Source: a virus. From it: DNA of 57,400 nt. Positions 34,164 through 40,754 of the stretch are shown piece after piece. Position 1 is the first letter of the stretch; each line of letters begins with the position of its first letter. The stretch is from the IMG/VR virus record IMGVR_UViG_3300007516_000002. One strand, written 5' to 3'. A program made the translations under genes and the position numbers. Below the pieces are notes generated by a model. It was not told the DNA's origin, made no database searches, and worked only from the letters and a program-made list of their open reading frames with translations.

Positions 34164-36028
34164 CGCAAATCACCAACACGCCCTGCACAATGACCGTCAA
34201 CGGGCAGTTGATTACCGGGCGTGAATGGCTCGTGGATGCGCCCATGCCTCATGCAGGTGAAGTAGCCGCCACGTACCGGACACGGAACACTGGCAAGACG
34301 CGGGTGTGCTATACCTTTCTCGGGGTGCCTTGTGCCGTTACGCCGCGCTTTCTGCCGTCCGTCAAAGCGGCACCGACTGGCCCGATCGACGCCAGCAAAT
34401 TCGGTCTGGTGGCACCACAAGGCTACAGCCAAGAGGGGTTTGACACCGGGCGGGGGCGCAGTGATCTGGGGCTGTCCCGTGGCCTGTCCGCATGGGCGGC
34501 GTTGGGCACGCGCGAAGGCGAAGGGCCGGCACGGCTGAACTTCTACAGCCCGACGCTGAACCCCGCAGCGGGCCTACCTGTGGTGCTGCACCTGCACGGC
34601 GGCGGCAGCAATTACCTGTCAGCCTGCGACGACCGCATGAGTCCGCACCGTGGCGTGCTTTACGGCTACATCGTGGCGCGGCTGAAATACCGTCTTGGTA
34701 ACTTAGGCCACTATTTCCTGCCGGGTATGGCCGGGGAGGGCACCTACGTTGGCGTGAACTTCTCGATCAGCGATGTGTTCGCCGCGTTCATTTTCCTGCA
34801 GGATCACGTCGCAGATATGGGCGGCGACCCTGACAACATCACGATCATGGGCGGGTCTGCGGGCGGCAACATGTGCCACGTCCTGCTAGCGGACCCCGCT
34901 GCGCGCCCGTATTTTCACAAAGTCTGGTCGTCGTCGGCCAGCGCCGGAGTAAATACCCGCTGGCAGATGGAGCCGAAAGAAAACACTTGGGATTACGAAG
35001 AACTGTTTGGCAAACGGCGACAGCTTGCAGACGTTTGCGGAAAATATCAGCGCAGCACGCAAAACAATCTCAAGACATTGGCGAATATCAAGGCCGATCT
35101 TGTGGCAGGCGGCGCGACGCAAGACGAAGCGTACCGCACAGTGATGCGGGAACACATCAGCTTGTCCAACTTCATGTCGTTTGACGAGGGGGCGACCGGG
35201 CGTCAGCTTTACTACGAGGGTTATCAGGCAACGCGGTCGCTCACGATCATGCGTGACGGCGAGACGTGCTTCCACGACAGTAACTTGGACTTCGCACTTT
35301 CCGGCGACGTGCCATGGACGCACAACTGCGTGTTCGTCGTCTGCGAAAACGAAGGCAGTATCGTGTCGAATGGTCAGATTGATTTCATCGACTACGGACA
35401 GGAGATGCAGGACCTTGCCAACGCGACGTTGAAGCAGTGGGCCGACAGTCCTGTGTTCAATACGGAGTGGAATGGCGCGACGGCATCACCGCTTTGGGGC
35501 ACCGTCAGCGCGGCGTTCCCGATATACCCGTGGAGTACTGCGACGGAGCCGAACCGGATGCTGTTCAACCACGGCTACCAGTACCCTGCGTACTGCATGG
35601 CGCGGGCGGTGGAGGCGGCGGGCGCACAGGCCGATCTGGTCTGGTGCAACGTCAAGGCACTGTCAGGTGGGCGCGTGGACCATACAGCAGACGAACCGAT
35701 CTGGTTTGGCAACACACATTGGCTGTACCCCGAAGGCGGCGACGAACAAATTACTGAGGCGATGATCCAATACGTCGATGGCTGCGCGCGGGCTTTTGCC
35801 AACTTCGTGAAGCACGGCAACACTGCAACGCCTTATGTCAGCGCGTGGGATTTCGACCTGTTCGCGGCGCCGACTGTGTTCAGCTTTACCGCGTTCGATC
35901 CGGCCAGCAAGAACTGGAATGTGATGGGTAATGGTAACCGCAGCGGGTCGACCAGTCTGACGATCACTAACACGCCAGAGTTTTGGGGCCACGCCTGGGA
36001 CTGGTATGACCAAAGGCGGGGACTGTAA
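34160..36028 (+). CDS. Type-B carboxylesterase / alpha-beta hydrolase (622 aa) with a roughly 110-aa N-terminal extension
   Basis: VVLHLHGGGSNYLS (oxyanion HGGG), VARLKYRLGNLGHYF and MGGDPDNITIMGGSAGGNMCH (nucleophile elbow G-x-S-x-G). ATGA overlap with the preceding tail gene. Confidence 0.7.
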   Translation: MTQITNTPCTMTVNGQLITGREWLVDAPMPHAGEVAATYRTRNTGKTRVCYTFLGVPCAVTPRFLPSVKAAPTGPIDASKFGLVAPQGYSQEGFDTGRGRSDLGLSRGLSAWAALGTREGEGPARLNFYSPTLNPAAGLPVVLHLHGGGSNYLSACDDRMSPHRGVLYGYIVARLKYRLGNLGHYFLPGMAGEGTYVGVNFSISDVFAAFIFLQDHVADMGGDPDNITIMGGSAGGNMCHVLLADPAARPYFHKVWSSSASAGVNTRWQMEPKENTWDYEELFGKRRQLADVCGKYQRSTQNNLKTLANIKADLVAGGATQDEAYRTVMREHISLSNFMSFDEGATGRQLYYEGYQATRSLTIMRDGETCFHDSNLDFALSGDVPWTHNCVFVVCENEGSIVSNGQIDFIDYGQEMQDLANATLKQWADSPVFNTEWNGATASPLWGTVSAAFPIYPWSTATEPNRMLFNHGYQYPAYCMARAVEAAGAQADLVWCNVKALSGGRVDHTADEPIWFGNTHWLYPEGGDEQITEAMIQYVDGCARAFANFVKHGNTATPYVSAWDFDLFAAPTVFSFTAFDPASKNWNVMGNGNRSGSTSLTITNTPEFWGHAWDWYDQRRGL

Positions 36029-36052
36029 CGATGGGAAAAGTAAGGAAATTCT

Positions 36053-36379
36053 ATGGACTTAGTGCAACCAGAAAGCTGGATCGTGTCGCCGCAGTGGGTG
36101 ATAGGGTTTGTCATATCGCTGGCATTGGCGGTTTGGACTGCCCGCGCCGCGTATAGCCAGATTATGTCCAAGCTTGAGGTTTTAAGGCAGGATATTGAGG
36201 GCATGAAAGCGCGAAACCTTGTGGCTGACCACGAAAACGAAGTGGTGAAAGAGGAACAGTCGCGGCAGCGAACCGTCATGGCCGTGATAGACGAGAGGCA
36301 GCGCACGCAGAGCCTGACTTTGGAACGAATTGAGTCCGTGCTAAACCGCATGGCGGAAAAGATGGAGAAGAGACTGTGA
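36053..36379 (+). CDS. Membrane-anchored coiled-coil protein (holin/antiholin or lysis accessory)
   Basis: One N-terminal TM segment (WVIGFVISLALAVWTARAAY) followed by a charged helix. It overlaps the endolysin start. Confidence 0.45.
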   Translation: MDLVQPESWIVSPQWVIGFVISLALAVWTARAAYSQIMSKLEVLRQDIEGMKARNLVADHENEVVKEEQSRQRTVMAVIDERQRTQSLTLERIESVLNRMAEKMEKRL

Positions 36380-37281
36380 CAGTAGAAAACCTGCTCGCAT
36401 TTATTCGCAAGCCCGAAAGCCGGGGTGATTACAACATCGTGTGGAGCGAAATCAAGGCAATCCATCGCCCGCCGCGCCGACTGGTGGATATGACCATCGG
36501 GGATGTGCTGTCATGGCAGGACAGTATTGACCATCTCTACATGAGCGAGGCGGCAGGTGCGTACCAATTCATGGAGGACACTTTGCGCGGGCTGTATTCC
36601 GAAGCCGGTCTGCGGATTGGCGACATGATGAATGTGCAGAACCAAGACGCGCTGGCGGTGCAGCTTCTCAAGCGCCGGGGTCTGGTGAAATATCAGCGCG
36701 GTGAAATATCGGCCGAGACGTTTGCGAACAACCTTGCGATGGAATGGGCAAGCCTGCCGGTGGTGACGCGCGTGAAGCGCACAGCCAAGGGTCGGACGTG
36801 GACCGTGCAGCCCGGCGCTTCGTATTATGCTGGTGACGGGCGCAACGCGGCGCACGTGACTGTTGACGCCTTCATGGCGGCTGTGCGGGCTGTGAGGGCC
36901 ACGGATGCCCCGCCCGCACCATCCGCGCCCGAAACGCAACCCGGCCGCTGGGCGCGCTGGTGCTGGTCGCGCTTTTCCGCAGATAACATTCCCCAAAAAG
37001 GGGTATCGCCCGCCCGAGCGTCACCGGGCAACTGGACAAGGAGCCAGAACGCAATGACACAAGTAGATAGCGCTTCCGACGACCGCACGGCCAACAATGC
37101 TGTGCGCCACACATATCGCATTTTGACCGATGCCGAAAAGCAAAGCATGGTTGAACTGAAAGACCTCGGCGCAGCGTTCATTGCCAAGTGTGACGCCATC
37201 GGCGGAAGCCGTGAATTGTCGCTGGCAAAGACCAACGCAGAGCAGGCCGTCATGTGGGCAGTCAAGCACGTCACAGCATAA
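36376..37281 (+). CDS. Endolysin, lambda R-like lytic transglycosylase domain (about the first 170 aa). It continues in frame through a low-complexity linker into an Acb2/Tad1-like C-terminal domain.
   Basis: PESRGDYN..AGAYQFMEDT..QDALAVQLLKRRG..MEWASLP parallels lambda R (SEGTD..AGRYQLLS..QDAVALQQIKERG..IWASLP). There is no stop until 37281. Confidence 0.7.
   Translation: MTVENLLAFIRKPESRGDYNIVWSEIKAIHRPPRRLVDMTIGDVLSWQDSIDHLYMSEAAGAYQFMEDTLRGLYSEAGLRIGDMMNVQNQDALAVQLLKRRGLVKYQRGEISAETFANNLAMEWASLPVVTRVKRTAKGRTWTVQPGASYYAGDGRNAAHVTVDAFMAAVRAVRATDAPPAPSAPETQPGRWARWCWSRFSADNIPQKGVSPARASPGNWTRSQNAMTQVDSASDDRTANNAVRHTYRILTDAEKQSMVELKDLGAAFIAKCDAIGGSRELSLAKTNAEQAVMWAVKHVTA
37054..37281 (+). CDS. 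Possible nested in-frame gene: a 75-aa Acb2/Tad1-like protein (cyclic-nucleotide sponge candidate)
   Basis: AAGGAG (37038-37043) lies 10 nt before ATG 37054. The sequence HTYRILTDAEKQSMVELK...GGSRELSLAKTNAEQAVMWAVKHV matches the xYHxP...SREKSLAxTxLEEAVMWAN signature as I recall it. Confidence 0.4.
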   Translation: MTQVDSASDDRTANNAVRHTYRILTDAEKQSMVELKDLGAAFIAKCDAIGGSRELSLAKTNAEQAVMWAVKHVTA

Positions 37282-37332
37282 TGCAACCGGCGGGCGGCTT
37301 CGGTCGCCCCGCCACACCAAAAGGATCAAGTG

Positions 37333-37512
37333 ATGGACTTTTTCCCAATCGCGCGGATCGTTCTGCGCTACGGCGTGGGCTATGTAATCGGCTCCGAAGC
37401 GGGCGCTGCGCTGGCGCTGGATCAGGACGTGGTTGTGATGCTGGCGCTTGGCATCGGGGCACTGGTTGAGGTCGGCTATGCCTATGCCAAAGCGCGGGGG
37501 GGCAAGACGTGA
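37333..37512 (+). CDS. Holin-like protein (two TM segments, 59 aa)
   Basis: AAGGA lies 7 nt before ATG 37333. FFPIARIVLRYGVGYVIGS and VVVMLALGIGALVEVGYAYA. Confidence 0.55.
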   Translation: MDFFPIARIVLRYGVGYVIGSEAGAALALDQDVVVMLALGIGALVEVGYAYAKARGGKT

Positions 37513-37712
37513 TCGAGGCATGGCTCGCTGGGCTGGCCGCGCTGATTGCAGCGTTGGCAGCGGTCTGGTTCAGCGGCAGGCGGTCCGGCACTGACAAGGC
37601 AAAGCAGGCCGCTGAAAAGCGGAGCATCAAAAGAAAAGAGGCCATGCAAGATGTGGAAAACGGTAATGACCCTGACGCTGCTCGCCGCTGGCTGCGGGAA
37701 CGTGGGGAGTGA
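37509..37712 (+). CDS. i-spanin (Rz-like)
   Basis: GTG start overlaps the previous stop. N-terminal TM AWLAGLAALIAALAAVWF is followed by a charged helix. Confidence 0.6.
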   Translation: MIEAWLAGLAALIAALAAVWFSGRRSGTDKAKQAAEKRSIKRKEAMQDVENGNDPDAARRWLRERGE

Positions 37713-37845
37713 CGCGGCGATCTGCACAGGGTCGGCGCAGGCGTTGGCAGCACATGCGGCGGCGCTTGCAGCGGATGGCGGGGATAGGTCGGTCGTATCT
37801 GGGGCTTACCTGATCCGACTGATAGACGCGGGGTGTGGGCGATGA
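37651..37845 (+). CDS. o-spanin (Rz1-like lipoprotein), overlapping the i-spanin end in another frame
   Basis: MWKTVMTLTLLAAGCGN is a lipobox L-A-A-G-C. ATG at 37651. Confidence 0.65.
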   Translation: MWKTVMTLTLLAAGCGNVGSDAAICTGSAQALAAHAAALAADGGDRSVVSGAYLIRLIDAGCGR

Positions 37846-38042
37846 TCATCCTCGCCGCCACGATCTGCCTGCGGCTGGACTTGCTGACGGTGGAATGTCA
37901 GACGGCTGTAGTCAGGACGGAGCGCACGCCCGACGCATGTGTTGCGATGATCAGCCCGGTTGAGGCATGGATCGCAGAGGATGCGGCCGGACTGCCTGTC
38001 GTGTTCATCGCGGCGGCATGTAAGCGGGGTGATGTGCTTTAG
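37842..38042 (+). CDS. Small membrane/secreted hypothetical protein (66 aa)
   Basis: ATG 37842 overlaps the o-spanin stop (ATGA). Hydrophobic N-terminus MIILAATICL. Confidence 0.45.
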   Translation: MIILAATICLRLDLLTVECQTAVVRTERTPDACVAMISPVEAWIAEDAAGLPVVFIAAACKRGDVL

Positions 38043-38210
38043 TCATCCGGCGGGTGTGCCGGGTTGACGCAATGCGCGCGGCGGGGTATGTTTATGACTT
38101 CCGGGATAGCACAAGCAGTGCGGCAGATTTGTAATCTGATGGTGGGCGATGCATCGCTTAGGGTTAAATTCCCCCTCTCGGCCAACCCGCCTTTTCTGGC
38201 GGTGCATCAT
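38043..38210 (-). CDS. Possible 55-aa basic His/Cys-rich protein (MMHRQKRRVGREGEFNPKRCIAHHQITNLPHCLCYPGSHKH...)
   Basis: Its ATG overlaps the stop of an SD-bearing micro-ORF (ATGA at 38207-38210). It has no independent RBS. Confidence 0.3.
   Translation of the reverse strand: MMHRQKRRVGREGEFNPKRCIAHHQITNLPHCLCYPGSHKHTPPRALRQPGTPAG
38064..38092 (+). promoter_or_regulatory. Possible sigma70-like promoter facing the 38358 terminator (TTGACG-N17-TATGTT)
   Basis: TTGACG at 38064-38069, 17-nt spacer, TATGTT at 38087-38092. Confidence 0.3.
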
Positions 38211-38254
38211 CGGCGGAGCACTTGCACCGTTGCAGCGCGAAAGCGAAGTCGCAT
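38207..38254 (-). CDS. 15-codon micro-ORF (MRLRFRAATVQVLRR) behind a perfect SD
   Basis: AGGAGGTG (rc of 38263-38270) lies 8 nt before ATG 38254. Confidence 0.3.
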   Translation of the reverse strand: MRLRFRAATVQVLRR

Positions 38255-38348
38255 GTATGACGCACCTCCTGAGACGCGGCGGCGCAAAGAAGCTGGGGTG
38301 TATGTGCAAGGCCCCTTGCGCGGGGAATGAGTTTAACCAGCCCGCGTC

Positions 38349-38732
38349 TCAATCATCAGCCCCCGGTATCACAGCCGGGGGCTTTTGCGTTTCAGGGCTT
38401 GCGCAAAACCGCCAACAGATCACCGGACGCCCGTGCCATGCGCGCCCCACTGGATCGGCCCAGATTGCCCATGCGCCGAGAGCCATGAGCGTGAAGATGG
38501 CCCCGGCGATGATCAGGACGACAGGAAAGCCCCGTCCGTCCTCCACCATGTCGCCTTCGCGCAGATTGGCGAAGCGGGGCAGGTCGTAGAGGAGCTTGAC
38601 GCGGGCCGCCTGAACTGCCCGAATGTCTGCCGGATCGGTGCTTTCGGAAAGGATTTCGCAGGCCGCGATTGCAATCTCACGCGAGGGGCTGTTGATGTGG
38701 CGGCGAGCTACGGCGAAATTGTTGTTGGTCAT
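38349..38732 (-). CDS. Membrane-anchored hypothetical protein (127 aa)
   Basis: TM segment FPVVLIIAGAIFTLMALGAWAIW. ATGA coupling to the upstream gene. Confidence 0.55.
   Translation of the reverse strand: MTNNNFAVARRHINSPSREIAIAACEILSESTDPADIRAVQAARVKLLYDLPRFANLREGDMVEDGRGFPVVLIIAGAIFTLMALGAWAIWADPVGRAWHGRPVICWRFCASPETQKPPAVIPGADD
38358..38392 (+). terminator. Rho-independent terminator of rightward (late) transcription
   Basis: AGCCCCCGG-tatcacag-CCGGGGGCT is followed by TTTGCGTTT. The T-run is on the + strand only. It overlaps the last codons of minus-strand gene 38349..38732. Confidence 0.75.
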
Positions 38733-39268
38733 TTTATCGCCTCTTCATACGCTTTGCGCAGGTCAGGGTCGCCGCCGGACATGGTGGCGATCAAGGCGTG
38801 GGCTGCCGACAATGCAATCACAGTGTCGGATGGGAATGTGAAAAAATCACGTTGCCGCTCTATCAGGTTTGGCGCGGGCGCTGGCTTGGCGCGGTAAGTG
38901 CCTCCCCCGCCAAAATTCAAACATTCATGCCACAACAAACCGTCAAACCAAAGCCACCCATGCCGCCATTCCCGCAACGCCGCCTGCGTTTCCGCGTGTA
39001 GCAGCCCAAGCGGGCGTGACAGTGCCGTCAGGTCCATTTCATCAGCCGGGCGCATGAACGCTGGCAGGGCTTCTGTTCCGAGGCGGATGCGGTAGGCGAT
39101 CAAGTCAGCCCAAATGGGGACCCCGTGGACGACACCGGCCCACCCTTTTACCGGATGATAATGAAAATCCACCTTTGCACCAGCCAAGTGTTGACGTTGT
39201 ATTTCCGCCTTTGTGGCATCGTCCACTTGCCGCCACGCAACGCGCGCTTCATTGTGAATATCAATCAT
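38729..39268 (-). CDS. Hypothetical protein (179 aa, Trp/His-rich)
   Basis: ORF with overlapping start and stop in a GC-rich operon. Confidence 0.55.
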   Translation of the reverse strand: MIDIHNEARVAWRQVDDATKAEIQRQHLAGAKVDFHYHPVKGWAGVVHGVPIWADLIAYRIRLGTEALPAFMRPADEMDLTALSRPLGLLHAETQAALREWRHGWLWFDGLLWHECLNFGGGGTYRAKPAPAPNLIERQRDFFTFPSDTVIALSAAHALIATMSGGDPDLRKAYEEAIK

Positions 39269-39525
39269 GGCTTGTACCTCTCTTGCTTGCCGGTGAAATC
39301 ACGCGGCCAGTGCATTCCTTCGTCGGCATCAATCTCCGCATTGCCGCCTCCAAGATAAACAGCAAGGCTCGCCAATTCCAAGGCCATATCCGCCTGTGTG
39401 AGGTGGCCCGAGTCTCCGGCGCAAGGCAGATGAACGGCTATTGCAGCCAAGCATTGCTCGCGGAAGAAGTCGCGTACTTCTGCCTTATGCTTCGTGGCCC
39501 ATTCTTCGTCTGATGTGCGTGTCAT
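39265..39525 (-). CDS. Hypothetical protein (86 aa)
   Basis: Coupled ORF. Confidence 0.55.
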   Translation of the reverse strand: MTRTSDEEWATKHKAEVRDFFREQCLAAIAVHLPCAGDSGHLTQADMALELASLAVYLGGGNAEIDADEGMHWPRDFTGKQERYKP

Positions 39526-39526
39526 G

Positions 39527-39856
39527 TCATTGATCCTTACTGCGATCAGGCCCTATGCCCATTGCATCCATAATACGGATTGTCTCGGGGTCAGTCTGAG
39601 CCCGCGCCCATTCCTCGCTTTCAGCCAGTGTTGCGTCAAACTCCCCATCAGCGACACGGGCTGCGAATTTGTCAAAGCCGAAACGCTTCAGTTCGCCATG
39701 CAGCGCAGTCGGGCCACAAACGTGAACATCGGAGTAATCATCAAACTCACCTGTTGCCGCGCGAACAGCCAACTTTTCGTATTCGGCGGCGCGCACAGGC
39801 TTTACGCCTTCCGCAACCTTGCGCAGTTCTGCCGCCAATCTTTCGCGGGTACTCAT
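39527..39856 (-). CDS. Hypothetical protein (109 aa) with an internal GEFDD/GEFDA repeat
   Basis: Coupled ORF. Confidence 0.55.
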   Translation of the reverse strand: MSTRERLAAELRKVAEGVKPVRAAEYEKLAVRAATGEFDDYSDVHVCGPTALHGELKRFGFDKFAARVADGEFDATLAESEEWARAQTDPETIRIMDAMGIGPDRSKDQ

Positions 39857-40044
39857 GTCCGTTCCTCCGTTCCCGCCCGCAGCGCCTTTGCAGGGCGCTT
39901 TCCGGGATGTGTTATTGGTTGAATTTCCTCGGGCGAGTCATTCATGGATGCGATCAACGCCCGCCCGAAGTGTTCTGGCTGGTACGCGGCAGCGCGCTTG
40001 GCGGCGGCTGCGATGTAGGGCGCGCCATAGTGCAGGTGGGTCAT
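39853..40044 (-). CDS. Hypothetical protein (63 aa)
   Basis: Coupled ORF. Confidence 0.5.
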   Translation of the reverse strand: MTHLHYGAPYIAAAAKRAAAYQPEHFGRALIASMNDSPEEIQPITHPGKRPAKALRAGTEERT

Positions 40045-40364
40045 GGCTTCACCGACAGGGCCGCGCGGGCACGCTTGCCAGCATCATCGCCGCCGCAAAA
40101 GACGATCCCATCGACTTCACTCGGCGCGTAAAACTTAAGCGCATCCCGCAGCGCCGATTCACGCGCAAGGGCGGCGGTCAGTTCGCGCTCCACGGCTGGC
40201 ACTCGTATCATTCGGCGCTTATCGGCCGCTTTCTGCGGATCATATTCGCCAAAATCATCTTCAAGGTAAAACTCCCCTACTTGGGATTCCCACCAGTGAT
40301 CTTCCGTCCCTATATTACGGTCGGCCTGCATGTCGCGCAGGATGCTTTGTGCTGTCTCGGTCAT
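40041..40364 (-). CDS. Hypothetical acidic protein (107 aa)
   Basis: Coupled ORF. Confidence 0.55.
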   Translation of the reverse strand: MTETAQSILRDMQADRNIGTEDHWWESQVGEFYLEDDFGEYDPQKAADKRRMIRVPAVERELTAALARESALRDALKFYAPSEVDGIVFCGGDDAGKRARAALSVKP

Positions 40365-40445
40365 GTCGCATCCTCAGCAATGGGAGCCTGCAGTACGCAC
40401 AACCATACTGCGTACCTCGAGCAGTATCAAGTACTAACTAGTGTG

Positions 40446-40754
40446 CTAACGCGTGATTTTCGTGCTACTAATGTAGCTCAAGAAGGAGTTAATAATCGCA
40501 GCCGTCGCTCTCGTGCCCGCGCGGGTATTGTTGAAAACAGGCGTATCGTTAATCACTTCGTACGAAATTACGGCATCGCCTGGTCGGGTGTTCCATGTGT
40601 CGCGCAGTGCGCTGCCCACGTGGTGTCCGTCCATAAAGCAAAAAGATGCGTCTCCGTTCGCAAGGCGAACCCGCAGCTCAGGATGCAGCGCGCCTACCTT
40701 CGTGGGCACCATTGCACAGCCGCAAAAAGGACATGGAAGCCACACGATACTCAA
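40446..40754 (-). CDS. Lar-family restriction-alleviation-like protein
   Basis: N-terminal LPCPFCG and a later ..ALRDTWNTRP, the two landmarks of the Lar family as I recall them. The second Cys pair is degenerate and the C-terminal tail is low-GC. Confidence 0.5.
   Translation of the reverse strand: MSIVWLPCPFCGCAMVPTKVGALHPELRVRLANGDASFCFMDGHHVGSALRDTWNTRPGDAVISYEVINDTPVFNNTRAGTRATAAIINSFLSYISSTKITR

Noticed and set aside
34160-36028. Reading the carboxylesterase as a LysB-like lysis esterase because it abuts the lysis cassette.
   Set aside because: A complete spanin pair is present, so a Gram-negative-type lysis pathway does not need LysB. The gene is also translationally coupled to the tail-fibre genes. 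It is kept as a tail-associated candidate, but the lysis role is not excluded experimentally.
38094-38190. tRNA-like arrangement on the + strand. It has a D-arm-like GCAC-aagca-GTGC and an anticodon-arm-like CAGA-tttgtaa-TCTG (would be UGU). It also has a variable-arm-like GCGA-tgca-TCGC and a T-arm-like GGG-ttaaatt-CCC. The reverse strand shows a GGCCGAGAGG string reminiscent of class II tRNA D-arms.
   Set aside because: No acceptor stem can be paired (tccggga vs ctctcgg). The T-stem is only 3 bp and its loop lacks TTC. The D-loop is 5 nt without GG. The element order is wrong on the reverse strand. A tRNA scanner should still be run.
38064-38330. + strand ORF of 88 aa (78 aa from ATG 38094) in the orphan zone.
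   Set aside because: The start lies at or upstream of the predicted TSS, there is no RBS, and the Arg-rich translation is typical of a GC-rich non-coding frame. It is left as part of the unresolved convergent-zone finding.
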